64,000 bases of DNA from an uncultured delta proteobacterium (GTDB taxonomy: Bacteria; Myxococcota_A; Polyangia; Haliangiales; Haliangiaceae): NCBI GenBank assembly GCA_963848295.1, contig CAWKDB010000010.1, forward strand, positions 1,760,001 through 1,824,000, in the 5' to 3' direction. This document shows, in pieces, positions 11,474 to 21,431 of the stretch. How positions within the stretch are numbered: position 1 is the first letter of the stretch; every line of letters begins with the position of its first letter. The position numbers and the translations under genes were made by a program. Under the pieces are notes generated by a model that was given only the letters and a program-made list of their open reading frames with translations, had not been told where the DNA came from and did not search any database.

Positions 11474-13348
11474 GTGCGCACCCTCTCCCTGTTTGCCGTC
11501 GTGTTCGCCGCCGCGTGCGGTACCTCCAAGCCAACGCCGAATGTGCCGGTCGAGCCGCCGCCAAACATCGAGAAGCCGGAGGTTCCGCCGGCGCCGCCCG
11601 CGCCCGATCCGCGGATCGCCGAGGCCAAGCAGTTCGTCGCCGACACCAACACCGAGATGACGCGGTTGTTCGTCGCGGCATCGCTCGCCGAGTGGGCGAA
11701 CGAGACCGACATCACGAAGGAGCACGGCGCCGCCGCGGCCGAAGCGAACGGCGCCCAGGCGATCGGCCTCACCAAGGCGATCCGCGCGGCGCGCAAGTTC
11801 GAGCCGATCCTCGACCAGCTCGACGCTTCTGATCGCCGCCAGCTCACGCTGCTCAAGTACTCCGGCCAGCCGGCCCCCGAGGATCCGAAGGCGGCGGCGG
11901 AGCTCGCGAAGGTCGCCGAGGAGATGACCGCGGTCTACGGCAAGGGCGTGTGCACCGACGTCAAAGGCAAAGAGGTTTGTAAGGACGTCGACTTCTGGTC
12001 GAAGAAGCTCGAGGCCGCCAAGAGACCGGCCGACATGCTCGCGGCATGGCAGGGCTGGCACGACGCGGTCGGCCACGCCGAGAAGCCGTTGTTCGAGCAG
12101 TACGTCGGGCTCGCGAACGCGGGCGCCCACGACATCGGCTTCGCCAACGTCGCGACGCTGTGGAAGTCCGGCTACGACATGCCCGACGATCAGTTCGAGG
12201 CCGATGTCGATCGGCTGTGGGGTCAGGTCAAGCCGCTCTACGACCAGCTGCACTGCTACGCGCGGCGCCAGCTCAACAAAAAGTACGGCGACAAGGTCGT
12301 GTCGAAGACCGGGCCGATCCCGGCGCACTTGTTCGGCAACATGTGGGCGCAGAGCTGGGGCGGGATCTACAAAGACCTCGAGCCGTTCAAGGGCGTCGCC
12401 GCGATCGACGTGACGCCCGAGCTCGTCAAGCAAAAGTACGACGCGAAGAAGATGGTCCAGATGGGCGAGGCGTTCTACACGTCGCTCGGCATGCCGCCGC
12501 TGCCCGACACGTTCTGGCAGCGCTCGATGTTCGAGAAGCCGGCCGGCAAGAACGTCGTGTGCCACGCGAGCTCGTGGGACGTGACCTACTCCGACGACCT
12601 CCGCGTGAAGATGTGCATCAACATCAACCAGGAGGATCTGTGGACGATCCACCACGAGCTCGGCCACAGCTACTACTTCTCCGCGTACTACAAGCTGCCG
12701 ATCCTGTTCCAGGCCGGCGCGAACGACGGCTTCCACGAGGCGATCGGCGACACGATCCAGCTCTCGATGACGCCTGCCTACCTCAAAGAGAAGGGCCTGC
12801 TCAAGAAGGTCGTCGATGACGACAAGGGCGTGCTCAACCACCAGATGCAGGTCGCGCTCGAGAAGGTCGCGTTCCTGCCGTTCGGCCTGATGATCGACAA
12901 GTGGCGGTGGGACGTGTTCGCCGGCAAGGTCAAACCCGAGGACTACAACCAGCACTGGTGGGATCTGAGGCTCAAGTACCAGGGCATCGCGCCGCCGATC
13001 GCGCGGACCGCGGCCGACTTCGACCCCGGCGCCAAGTTCCACGTCGCCTCGAACACGCCGTACATGCGGTACTTCCTCGCCGACGTCTTGCAGTTCCAGT
13101 TTCACCGCGCGCTGTGCCGCAAGTCCGGCTTCACCGGACCGCTCAACGAGTGCTCGATCTTCAACAACAAGGAAGCGGGCGCGCTCTACTGGAAGATGCT
13201 GTCGCTCGGCGCGAGCGAGCCGTGGCAGGACGCGCTGTACGCGTTGACCGGCGAGCGCGAGATGGACGCGAGCGCGATCCTCGAATACTTCGCACCGCTC
13301 CAGCAGTGGCTCGAGGAACAGAACAAGGGTCAGAGCTGCGGCTGGTGA
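11474..13348 (+). CDS. M2 family metallopeptidase (ACE-like peptidyl-dipeptidase A) lipoprotein
   Basis: IPAHLFGNMWAQSW, VCHASSWD, HHELGH, GANDGFHEAIGD, FDPGAKFHV. Confidence 0.95.
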   Translation: MRTLSLFAVVFAAACGTSKPTPNVPVEPPPNIEKPEVPPAPPAPDPRIAEAKQFVADTNTEMTRLFVAASLAEWANETDITKEHGAAAAEANGAQAIGLTKAIRAARKFEPILDQLDASDRRQLTLLKYSGQPAPEDPKAAAELAKVAEEMTAVYGKGVCTDVKGKEVCKDVDFWSKKLEAAKRPADMLAAWQGWHDAVGHAEKPLFEQYVGLANAGAHDIGFANVATLWKSGYDMPDDQFEADVDRLWGQVKPLYDQLHCYARRQLNKKYGDKVVSKTGPIPAHLFGNMWAQSWGGIYKDLEPFKGVAAIDVTPELVKQKYDAKKMVQMGEAFYTSLGMPPLPDTFWQRSMFEKPAGKNVVCHASSWDVTYSDDLRVKMCININQEDLWTIHHELGHSYYFSAYYKLPILFQAGANDGFHEAIGDTIQLSMTPAYLKEKGLLKKVVDDDKGVLNHQMQVALEKVAFLPFGLMIDKWRWDVFAGKVKPEDYNQHWWDLRLKYQGIAPPIARTAADFDPGAKFHVASNTPYMRYFLADVLQFQFHRALCRKSGFTGPLNECSIFNNKEAGALYWKMLSLGASEPWQDALYALTGEREMDASAILEYFAPLQQWLEEQNKGQSCGW

Positions 13349-13470
13349 CGTAACATTTTTGCGGTCTGCCGACTCCAGGGCATCGCCAGACCCTGGAAGC
13401 TCGAGTTGCCGCAGTCGCGGCCGTGCGCGCGAAGTGCACGGATCGCCCGAGGTTCTCCGTGGGGGCTGGA

Positions 13471-13486
13471 TGGCACATGCGCTGCA
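13471..13486 (+). promoter_or_regulatory. Putative sigma-54 promoter
   Basis: TGGCAC-ATGCG-CTGCA (GG-N10-GC). Confidence 0.6.
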
Positions 13487-13524
13487 CAAGAGGCGCAGCA
13501 ACCATCCTCGACGGAGAATCCCAG

Positions 13525-14607
13525 ATGTCCACGTTCAAGACCTTCAGCTTCATCCTCATCCTCTCGGCCGGTATCGCTGCGACCGGCTGTGCCAATAGCC
13601 CGACCGACACCGGCGGTGACGGAAGCGGCGACGGTGGCGGTGGCGGTGGCGGCGGCGGTGGCGGCGGTGGCGGCGACGGTGGCGGCAGCGGCAGCGGTAG
13701 CGCCACACCGCAGCTCACGCTGAACGGCATGTACAAGCTGCAGAGCACGTACGACATCTCGAGCGAAGTGCCGGGCACCGCCGGGACGATCGTCAACGAC
13801 TTCATCGACGCGACCGACGATTCGGATGACCCGTCGGCATGGATCCTCCAACAGATCGCGAGCGCGCTGCCGAGCGGCATCTACCAGACCGCGCTGAACG
13901 ACGCGATTCCGCTCGTCGCGCCGTACCTCAACGACCAGCTGCTCAACTACGCGCCGAGCTTCGTCGATACGATCCTCGAGGTCGGCAACGACTTCGGCGA
14001 CATCACGCGCCACTTCGGCCTCAACGAGACGCTCGACGTCACGGCCGGTAAGGGCGTCGACACCGTGCTCGGCGTTCACTTCAACATCAACGGCACGCCG
14101 TCGGACTACGCGTTCGCCGACTACAACGTCGCGAACATCGTCGTCAACGGCGTCTCGGCGACCGTCGACCAGACCGGCGCGGTCGCGATCGGCGAGCACC
14201 AGCTGCCGCTGCCGTACGGCAAGATCCTCCACATCGGGCTCGACGCCGGCATCATCCCGCTCGTCGACCCGAGCGCGTCGAACCTCACCGAGCTGCTGAC
14301 CGACCTCGTCGACTGCAATCAGGTCGGACAGGCGATCGAGAACGAGATCGGCTTCCCGGGTGCGAGCACGTGGGCCGCGGCCTGCACCGCGGGCCTCGGC
14401 TACGCCGCGACGACGATCTACAACAAGCTCGACGGTATCGACGCCTCCGCGCTGATGTTCGACGTCACCGGCGCCGCGAAGGGCACCGACAACAACGGCG
14501 ACGGCACGGTCGACGCGATCTCGCTCGGCAAGTGGACCGGCACGATCAGCTACGCGAGCACGCCCGAGACGCTCGCGCCGGCGACGTTCACCGGCACGCA
14601 CAACTAA
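13525..14607 (+). CDS. Hypothetical lipoprotein with poly-Gly linker
   Basis: RBS GGAG, lipobox ATGC, strong codon bias. Confidence 0.8.
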   Translation: MSTFKTFSFILILSAGIAATGCANSPTDTGGDGSGDGGGGGGGGGGGGGGDGGGSGSGSATPQLTLNGMYKLQSTYDISSEVPGTAGTIVNDFIDATDDSDDPSAWILQQIASALPSGIYQTALNDAIPLVAPYLNDQLLNYAPSFVDTILEVGNDFGDITRHFGLNETLDVTAGKGVDTVLGVHFNINGTPSDYAFADYNVANIVVNGVSATVDQTGAVAIGEHQLPLPYGKILHIGLDAGIIPLVDPSASNLTELLTDLVDCNQVGQAIENEIGFPGASTWAAACTAGLGYAATTIYNKLDGIDASALMFDVTGAAKGTDNNGDGTVDAISLGKWTGTISYASTPETLAPATFTGTHN

Positions 14608-14630
14608 CGCTTCCCATCCGCGAGATGGCT

Positions 14631-14669
14631 GGCCGGCCGGGCAATCCTGCTCGGCCGGTCTTTTTTCTT
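14631..14669 (+). terminator. Rho-independent terminator
   Basis: GGCCGGCCGGGCA-ATCC-TGCTCGGCCGGTC followed by a T tract. Confidence 0.85.
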
Positions 14670-14759
14670 GGCGGTGTTACTCAGATGTAGGGTGTCCGCG
14701 GGATCGCCACGACGACCGCGTCACGCTCGCGTCACACGGCGCCCGCATCGTCCGCGCGT

Positions 14760-16001
14760 ATGCGGACCCTTGCTCTGCTCGTCGCCTCGCTCGTCGCTTG
14801 CGGTCGGCCGGGAGCTGAACCTGGCGCACCCGATGCCCAGCTCGCCGACGATGCTGCGGGTCCCGACGCACCCGCCGCCGCCGCGGCGGTGGTGTGGGTC
14901 GAGTGGGGCGACCGCGCCGGCGTCATTCCCGAGGACTACGTGTTCGGAACGCCGATCGAGGCGACGCTGCCGGCCGATCCGTCGCTCGAGCTCACCGCGT
15001 TCGGGACCGCGACCGACCCGCTGGTCTACGTCGCGAGCTCGCTGACCGACGAGCTCGACTTCGGGGTCCTCGCGGGCGTGCACGCGCAGACCTGGCTCAG
15101 CGCGCAGCCCGGTCCCGGAGTGGCGGCGTTGTCGCCCGATGGTGCGGCGATGGCGGTCGCGCGCACGGCAGATGATGTCGAGCTCGTGCGCCACGGTGCG
15201 ATGACGTCACTGTCGCCGGGGATCGCAAACAGCGCCGCATCGGTCGCGACGCTCGCCTGGTCTCCGGACGGGCGCTACGTCGCGTTCGCCGGCGACTTCA
15301 GCTCGCCGGGCGTGAACGAGCTGCACGTCGTCGACACGACCGCGCCGGCGCCGAGCGCGGCGATGTCCCCGACCGGCGTTACCGGCTCGATCGCGTTCGG
15401 CTCGGACGAGGCGGTCTACGCCTGCGCGAGCGACGCACGGCTGTATCGCTTTCCCACCGCTACCATGACCGGGACCGAGGTCGCGCTCCCGGCGCGCGGC
15501 GACGGCTCGGCGCCCGACTGCCTCGGGCTCGCGAGTGATTCGAGCGGCGCGCACGTGCTCGTCGTCGCGGATACGCCGATCGCGACCGCCGGCGAGCTCT
15601 ACGCGATCGACGTCGCGACCGGTGCGGTGACGCGGCTGACGACCGGCTCGACCCCGGGGCGCGCACCGCGCGGTCCGTTCGTGTTCAGTCATGCGGATGA
15701 CCGCGTCGCGTTCGCCGCGAACTTCGATCGCGCTGACGTCAGCGCGCCCTACGTCGCCGAGCTGTCGGGCGGTGCGCATCGCGTGCTCGACCTCCAGCAA
15801 CCCACCGCGGGTGCCGCCGCGACCTCGTTCGCGTGGTCGCTCGACGATCGCACGATGTGGATGGTCGCGACGCCGGATCTCGCGGCGGTCCCGCCGATGC
15901 TGTACTGGGTCGACCCGGCGCGGACCGACAACGACGAGCCGTATCTGATCTTCGCGCCGGTGGAGGGCGTTCAGAGCATCGCCGTCGTCGCGTCGCCCTG
16001 A
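14760..16001 (+). CDS. TolB-like beta-propeller lipoprotein
   Basis: Lipobox LVAC; repeats LSPDG, AWSPDGRYVAF, FSHADDRVAF, AWSLDDR. Confidence 0.75.
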   Translation: MRTLALLVASLVACGRPGAEPGAPDAQLADDAAGPDAPAAAAAVVWVEWGDRAGVIPEDYVFGTPIEATLPADPSLELTAFGTATDPLVYVASSLTDELDFGVLAGVHAQTWLSAQPGPGVAALSPDGAAMAVARTADDVELVRHGAMTSLSPGIANSAASVATLAWSPDGRYVAFAGDFSSPGVNELHVVDTTAPAPSAAMSPTGVTGSIAFGSDEAVYACASDARLYRFPTATMTGTEVALPARGDGSAPDCLGLASDSSGAHVLVVADTPIATAGELYAIDVATGAVTRLTTGSTPGRAPRGPFVFSHADDRVAFAANFDRADVSAPYVAELSGGAHRVLDLQQPTAGAAATSFAWSLDDRTMWMVATPDLAAVPPMLYWVDPARTDNDEPYLIFAPVEGVQSIAVVASP

Positions 16002-16015
16002 CGCGTGCGAGTAGC

Positions 16016-16900
16016 TCAATACATCGAACGCTCGGGCTCGGGCGCGCCGCTCTGCCGCTCGATCTCGGCGTTGACGAACCCGCCGATCACGAGCGCGATC
16101 GTCGACAAATAGAACCACAGCACGATCACGATCACGCTACCGAACGCGCCGTAGAACAGCTCGTAGTTCGACACGCGCTCGACCCAGAGCGACAGGCCGC
16201 CGGACACCACGACGAGCAACAGCGTCGCGATCGCGGCACCCGGCCACACGTGGCGTTGGCCGAGCGGGCGCGGCGACGGGCCGAAGCGATACAGCCCTAA
16301 CAACGCGGCGAACACGATCGCGAGCAGGATCGGCCAGCGCAGGATCGTCACGAGGTGATAGCCGTGGAGATCGAAGGCGCCGACGACCAGCGGCAAGACT
16401 ACTACGGCGCTGAGCAAGGTCACGACGCCGATCAGCGTCGCGAACGCCATGGCGAGCGCGAGCCCTTGCCGCCACAGCCAGCCGCGTTGTTCGCGCACGC
16501 GATACGCGCGGTTGAGGGCGGCGATCAACGCCTGGGCCGAGCCGCGCGCCGAGATCACCGCGAGCACGACGCTCGTCGCGATCTGGAAGCCGACCTCGTC
16601 CGACGAGCGCTTCGCTTGCAGCGTCAGCTGGTCGCCGAGGAAGCCGACGACATCGCTCGGCAAGACGCCGCCGAGCGACCGAAGGTGCGCGTGGATCTGG
16701 TCCGGGTCCGCGACCAGGCCGTAGATCGCGACGACCGCGGCGATCGTCGGCACCGCCGCGACGATCGCGAACAACGCCGTCCCGGCGGCGAGCGTCGGCA
16801 TCTCGCCGAGCAACGCGCCGTGGGCGGCGCGCAACCAGCGGGCCGGAATCGCCTCGCTCGTCGCGAGCCAGTCGCGGACGCGCTGGTACAGCCTCCTCAC
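16016..16900 (-). CDS. YihY/virulence factor BrkB family membrane protein
   Basis: ALNRAY, LYRFGP, VWPGA, YGAFGSVIVIVLWFYLS, GGFVNAE. Confidence 0.88.
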   Translation of the reverse strand: MRRLYQRVRDWLATSEAIPARWLRAAHGALLGEMPTLAAGTALFAIVAAVPTIAAVVAIYGLVADPDQIHAHLRSLGGVLPSDVVGFLGDQLTLQAKRSSDEVGFQIATSVVLAVISARGSAQALIAALNRAYRVREQRGWLWRQGLALAMAFATLIGVVTLLSAVVVLPLVVGAFDLHGYHLVTILRWPILLAIVFAALLGLYRFGPSPRPLGQRHVWPGAAIATLLLVVVSGGLSLWVERVSNYELFYGAFGSVIVIVLWFYLSTIALVIGGFVNAEIERQSGAPEPERSMY

Positions 16901-16922
16901 CCGGCCAGCGTACACTGCGGGC

Positions 16923-17694
16923 GTGATCGACAGCCACTGCCACCTCGACGTCGTCGCGTTCGACCGCGATCGCGATGACGTGCTCGCTCGCGCCGAGGCC
17001 GCCGGCGTGCACTCGATCGTGGTGCCCGCGATCCGACCGCAGACGTGGCCGGCGGTGATCGCGCTCGCTCGCGCCCACCGCGCGCTCCGCTTCGCGCTCG
17101 GCGTGCATCCGCAGATCGTGCCGGAGCTCTCGCCGGCCGAGCAGCTGGATGTCGATGCGTTCGCTCGCGCGATCGATGACAGCGGCGCGCTCGCGGTCGG
17201 CGAATGTGGGCTCGATGGCGACACCGCGGATCCGGCCGCGCAAGAACAACTGTTTCGCATCCAGATTCGCGCCGCGCGCGCGACGAAGCGCCCGCTCGTC
17301 ATCCACGTGTTTCACGCGCACGACCGCGCACCCGCGATCCTGCGTGACGAGCGCGCCGGCGACGTCGGAGGCGTGTTGCATAGCTACTCGGGCGGCGCCG
17401 CGCTCGTGCCGGTCTATCGCGATCTCGGGCTCGCATTCTCGTTCGCCGGCCCGGTGACCTACGCGAACGCGCGCCGCCCGCTCGAAGCCGTTCGGGCGGT
17501 GCCGGCGGGGTTGTTGCTCGCCGGAAACCGACGCACCGGATCAGGCGCCCGAGCCACACCGCGGCGGCCGCAGCGAGCCCGCGTACCTGCCCGCCGTGAT
17601 CGCCGCGATCGCGAGCGCGCGCGGCGAGCCGGTCGAGGCGATCGCAAAGCTCACCGCCGAAAACGCGCGGCGCGTGCTAGGTATGGGCGCGTGA
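16923..17694 (+). CDS. tatD: TatD family hydrolase; +1 frameshift at about 17523
   Basis: IDSHCHL, GVHP, VGECGLD, GVLHSYSG; removing one base restores ETDAPDQ...SEPAYL...ENARR. Confidence 0.85.
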
Positions 17695-18540
17695 CCACTC
17701 ATCGCCGCTTCGACCGCACCGCTCGCCTGGTCGGCGACGAAGGCCTCGCCCGGCTCGCGCGCTCGACCGCGACGGTGTTCGGCCTGGGCGGTGTCGGTGG
17801 GTTCGCCGCCGAGGCGCTCGTCCGTAGCGGCGTCGGCAGGGTGATCGTCGTCGACTACGATCGGATCTGCGTCACGAACGTCAACCGCCAGCTCCACGCG
17901 ATGAAGGCGACGCTCGGCAAGTCGAAGGTCGACGTGATGGCGGAGCGCCTGCGCGCGATCAACCCCGACGCGGTGATCGACGCGCGCGGCGAGTTCTATC
18001 GCGCCGAGACGTCCGCGAAGCTGCTCGTGCCCGAGCCCGATGTCGTGATCGATGCGATCGACAACATGGCGGCGAAGATGCACCTGATCGCGACGTGCGT
18101 GCGCGAGAAGATCCGCATCGTGTCCGCGATGGGTGCTGCCGCTCGGCTCGATCCGACCGCAGGTCCGGATCGGCGACTTGTCGGAGACCCGCGTCGATCC
18201 GTTCGCGCGCGACCTACGGCGGAATATGAAGAAGAAGCACGGCATCGATTCGACCCGGCACGTCGGCGCGTGGGCGGTGTTCTCCGAGGAGACGCCGATC
18301 GCCCCGCACGACCTCGCCTATGATCGCGGGGCGTTTCGCTGCGTGTGCCCGGGTGGCAAGAACGGCGAGAACGACTGCGAGCACAAGCATCGCGTCGAGG
18401 GCTCGGCGGCGTTCGTACCCGCGATGTTCGGTGCCGCCGCGGCCTCGGTCGCGATCAAGCTGCTGCTCGATCTCCCCTTGCCGGTCGCGCGCGAACCGCG
18501 AGTGACCCAGCGCCCGTGTCGGCCCGAGCTGCGCTCGTAG
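17691..18540 (+). CDS. tcdA: tRNA threonylcarbamoyladenosine dehydratase (ThiF family); +1 frameshift at about 18159
   Basis: RFDRT, GLGGVGGFAAEALVRSGVG, TNVNRQ, SAMGAAARLDP, DPFARDLR, FSEE. Confidence 0.85.
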
Positions 18541-19127
18541 GTGTCGTCGCGCTCGCGGCGTGTCACGACGCGGCTCCGCCCGCCGTCCACGACGGCGCCG
18601 ACCTCGTCCGCGAGCTCCGGCGCGGCGAGCTCACCGACTGGCTCGCACCCTCGCCAGTGTGGCAGCGCACGATCATGCCGCCGTTCATCCGGCTGTACGC
18701 CGACTACGCCGAGACGTTTCGCGAACGCATGCCGCGGATCGCCGAGCGGATCGGCCACGGCGAGCTCGTCGCGCGCCGTCACTTCGCCGGCGATCCCCAC
18801 CTCGACGGCGACGAAGCGCGCACCCGGTTCATGTTGCCGGTGGAGTTCCCGAGCTACGTCGTCGCGCTCGACGGTCGCGACCTCGGCGCGGTGTTCTTCC
18901 ACGACGGCGAGCGCTGGCGGGCGCTGATCGGGCTCGGCGACCGTGTCGTCGACCGGGCCCGCGTGCTCGACCCGGTGTGCGCCGCCATGCTCGCGAACGC
19001 CGGACCGCGCGGACCGTGCACCGACATGAGCTACGAGGTCGCCGCCGCGACGATGCGTGGCGATCGGTCGCGATTCGATCACGCGTGCAAGCTCGCCGCG
19101 ATGGTTTGTGGTAACGCATCGCCATGA
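18516..19127 (+). CDS. Hypothetical lipoprotein
   Basis: Lipobox LAAC; stop overlaps the next start. Confidence 0.6.
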   Translation: MSARAALVGVVALAACHDAAPPAVHDGADLVRELRRGELTDWLAPSPVWQRTIMPPFIRLYADYAETFRERMPRIAERIGHGELVARRHFAGDPHLDGDEARTRFMLPVEFPSYVVALDGRDLGAVFFHDGERWRALIGLGDRVVDRARVLDPVCAAMLANAGPRGPCTDMSYEVAAATMRGDRSRFDHACKLAAMVCGNASP

Positions 19128-19609
19128 TCGCAGTTGGCAACAAGATCCCGTCCGTCACCATCAAGCAAGCGACCCCGGAAGGTGGCGCCGATGTCGACCC
19201 CGCCGCGCTGTTCGCCGGCAAGAAGGTCATCATGTTCTCGTTGCCCGGCGCGTTCACGCCGACGTGCTCGAGCAAGCACTTGCCCGGCTACGTCAAGGAG
19301 CTGTCACAGCTCAAGGCGAAGGGCATCGACCTCGTCGCGTGCCTGTCGATCAACGACGCGTGGGTGATGAAGGCGTGGGCCGAGGCGCACGGCGCGCTCG
19401 GTAAGATCGTCATGCTCGCCGACGGCAGCGGCGCGTTCACGAAGGCGCTCGGCATCGAGGTCGACCTGACCAAGGCGTGCATGGGCATTCGCTCGGCGCG
19501 CGGCGTGTTCGTCATCGAGGACGGCACGGTCAAGTCGGTCGACATGGAGGCGCCCGGCAAGTTCGAGGTCTCCGGCGCCGACGCGTGCCTCCTCAAGCTC
19601 GGCGCCTAG
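19124..19609 (+). CDS. Peroxiredoxin, Prx5 type
   Basis: PGAFTPTCSSKHLPGY, NDAWVMKAW, MLADG. Confidence 0.93.
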   Translation: MIAVGNKIPSVTIKQATPEGGADVDPAALFAGKKVIMFSLPGAFTPTCSSKHLPGYVKELSQLKAKGIDLVACLSINDAWVMKAWAEAHGALGKIVMLADGSGAFTKALGIEVDLTKACMGIRSARGVFVIEDGTVKSVDMEAPGKFEVSGADACLLKLGA

Positions 19610-20943
19610 TGTTCCACCGGCTGTTCATCGCGAACCGCGGCGAGGTCGCGGTCCGCGTCGCGCGCGCGTGCGACGCGATGGGCATCACGCCGGTGTTCGC
19701 GGCGAGCGAAGCCGATCGCGACGCGGCGTACCTGCGCGGCCGCGAGGTGGTCGTGCTCGGGCCGGGTCGCGCAGCACAGTCGTACCTCGATGTCGAGCGC
19801 GTCGTCCAAGCCGCGGTGCAAGCGCGCTGTTCGGCCCTACATCCCGGTTGGGGCTTCCTGTCGGAGAACCCGCTGCTCGCGACGCTGTGCGCGCAACACG
19901 GCGTGACGTTCATCGGGCCGCCACCACAAGTGACGTCGTTGATGGCGAGCAAGACCCGGGCGAAAGCGGCGATGCGCGCCGCCGGGCTCGACGTGATTCC
20001 GGGCAGCGCAGGCGTGCTCGGTTCGGCCGAAGCCGCGCGGCGAATCGCGAGCGAAGTCGGCTTTCCCGTGCTGTTCAAAGCCGAGAACGGCGGCGGCGGT
20101 CGCGGCATGCGAGTCGCGCGCTCCGCGAGCGAGGTCGACGGCGCGTATCGCGAGGCGCAGGCCGAGGCTCGCGCGGCGTTCGGCGGCGATCGCGTCTATG
20201 TCGAGAAGCTGATCGAGGGCGGGCGCCACGTCGAGATCCAGGTGTTCGGCGATCGCTACGGCCACGCGGTCCACTTCGGCGAGCGCGACTGTACGGTGCA
20301 GCGCAACCATCAGAAGCTGATCGAGGAGAGCCCCTCGCCCGCGCTATCGCGCGAGCAGCGCGCGCACGTGTGCGACGCCGCCGCGCGCGCCGCCGCGAAG
20401 ATCGGCTATGTCGGCGCGGGCACGATGGAGATGCTGCTCGGGCCCGACGGCGTGCTCCGGTTCATGGAGATGAACTGCCGGCTCCAGGTCGAGCACACGG
20501 TCAGCGAGCAACGCAGCGGCACGGATCTCGTGCGCGCGCAGCTCGAGATCGCCGCGGGCCGCACGCTGCCGTGGGCGCAGAGCGATCTCGCGTTCACCGG
20601 CCACGCGATCGAGTGCCGGATCAACGCGGAGGATCCGGCGCATGACTTCGCCCCGGCGCCCGGCACGATCACCGCGTGGCAGCCGCCGACCGGGGATGGT
20701 ATCCGCGTCGACACCCACGTCACCGCCGGCTACGTCGTGCCGCCGTTCTACGATTCGCTGATCGCGAAGGTCGTCGCGCTCGCCGCGACGCGCGAGGCTG
20801 CGATCACGAAGCTGATCGCCGCGCTCGAAGCGTTTCGCATCGAGGGCGTGCCGACCACGATCCCGATGCACCTGAAGATCCTGCGCAGTGAAGCGTTCCG
20901 TACCGGTCACTACGACACGGGCGCGATCCCGGGCTGGCCGTAG
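19609..20943 (+). CDS. accC: Biotin carboxylase
   Basis: IANRGEVA, HPGWGFLSEN, GGGGRGM, ERDCTVQR, MNCRLQVEH, YDSLIAK. Confidence 0.92.
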   Translation: MFHRLFIANRGEVAVRVARACDAMGITPVFAASEADRDAAYLRGREVVVLGPGRAAQSYLDVERVVQAAVQARCSALHPGWGFLSENPLLATLCAQHGVTFIGPPPQVTSLMASKTRAKAAMRAAGLDVIPGSAGVLGSAEAARRIASEVGFPVLFKAENGGGGRGMRVARSASEVDGAYREAQAEARAAFGGDRVYVEKLIEGGRHVEIQVFGDRYGHAVHFGERDCTVQRNHQKLIEESPSPALSREQRAHVCDAAARAAAKIGYVGAGTMEMLLGPDGVLRFMEMNCRLQVEHTVSEQRSGTDLVRAQLEIAAGRTLPWAQSDLAFTGHAIECRINAEDPAHDFAPAPGTITAWQPPTGDGIRVDTHVTAGYVVPPFYDSLIAKVVALAATREAAITKLIAALEAFRIEGVPTTIPMHLKILRSEAFRTGHYDTGAIPGWP

Positions 20944-20950
20944 CGCCCAG

Positions 20951-20977
20951 GTTGACGATAGCGACAGCGTCCCAGCT
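20951..20977. repeat. Dispersed REP-like motif, copy A
   Basis: GTTGACGATAGCGACAGCGTCCCAGCT, similar to 44970-44997. Confidence 0.7.
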
Positions 20978-20983
20978 ACGCCG

Positions 20984-21307
20984 TCAGTAGACCACGCTGA
21001 CCATCGGGATAACCTCGTAGCGAAACCCGCGGCCCGACGCGATCGTCGGGTCGCCGGCGCGGAACGCCGCCAGCTCGGCCTCGTCTTTCGCCTTGACGAT
21101 GCCGAGGCCCCACACACCGCTAGGGTCGGCGACCGGCCCGAATGCGACGACCTGGCCCTCGGCGAGCTTCGCCCGCCAGTACGCGACGTGGGCGTTCATG
21201 ATGTCGCGCTCGTCCGCGGTCATGTCGGTCATGAACGACGGGCGCGGCGGGTAGAGCTTGCACAAGAACGTACGGTGCTCCGGCGCGACATTGCCAGCGG
21301 TGCTCAT
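20984..21307 (-). CDS. YciI family protein
   Basis: PPRPSF...MNAHVAYW...FGPVADP...GDP. Confidence 0.85.
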   Translation of the reverse strand: MSTAGNVAPEHRTFLCKLYPPRPSFMTDMTADERDIMNAHVAYWRAKLAEGQVVAFGPVADPSGVWGLGIVKAKDEAELAAFRAGDPTIASGRGFRYEVIPMVSVVY

Positions 21308-21431
21308 CGCTCGAAGATACCAGCTCGTCCGGTTACCATCGCGGCGTGTGCGCGTTGATCGATACCGCGAACGACGTAGCCCGATCCGTTCGTACACGCA
21401 TAGACGCCGACGATGAGTTAGCGTCGCGGCA

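Noticed and set aside
10931..13501. Long antisense or alternate-frame ORFs (also 21488-23884, 40955-43174, 45331-47538 and others)
   Set aside because: Arg/Ala-rich shadow ORFs typical of high-GC DNA, overlapping well-supported genes
16923..18323. TatD-TcdA fusion protein shown in the ORF track
   Set aside because: Created by the extra base at about 17523; correcting it gives separate genes with a GTGA overlap
20951..20977. Integron attC site
   Set aside because: GTTGAC does not fit GTTRRRY, there is no long attC hairpin and no integron integrase
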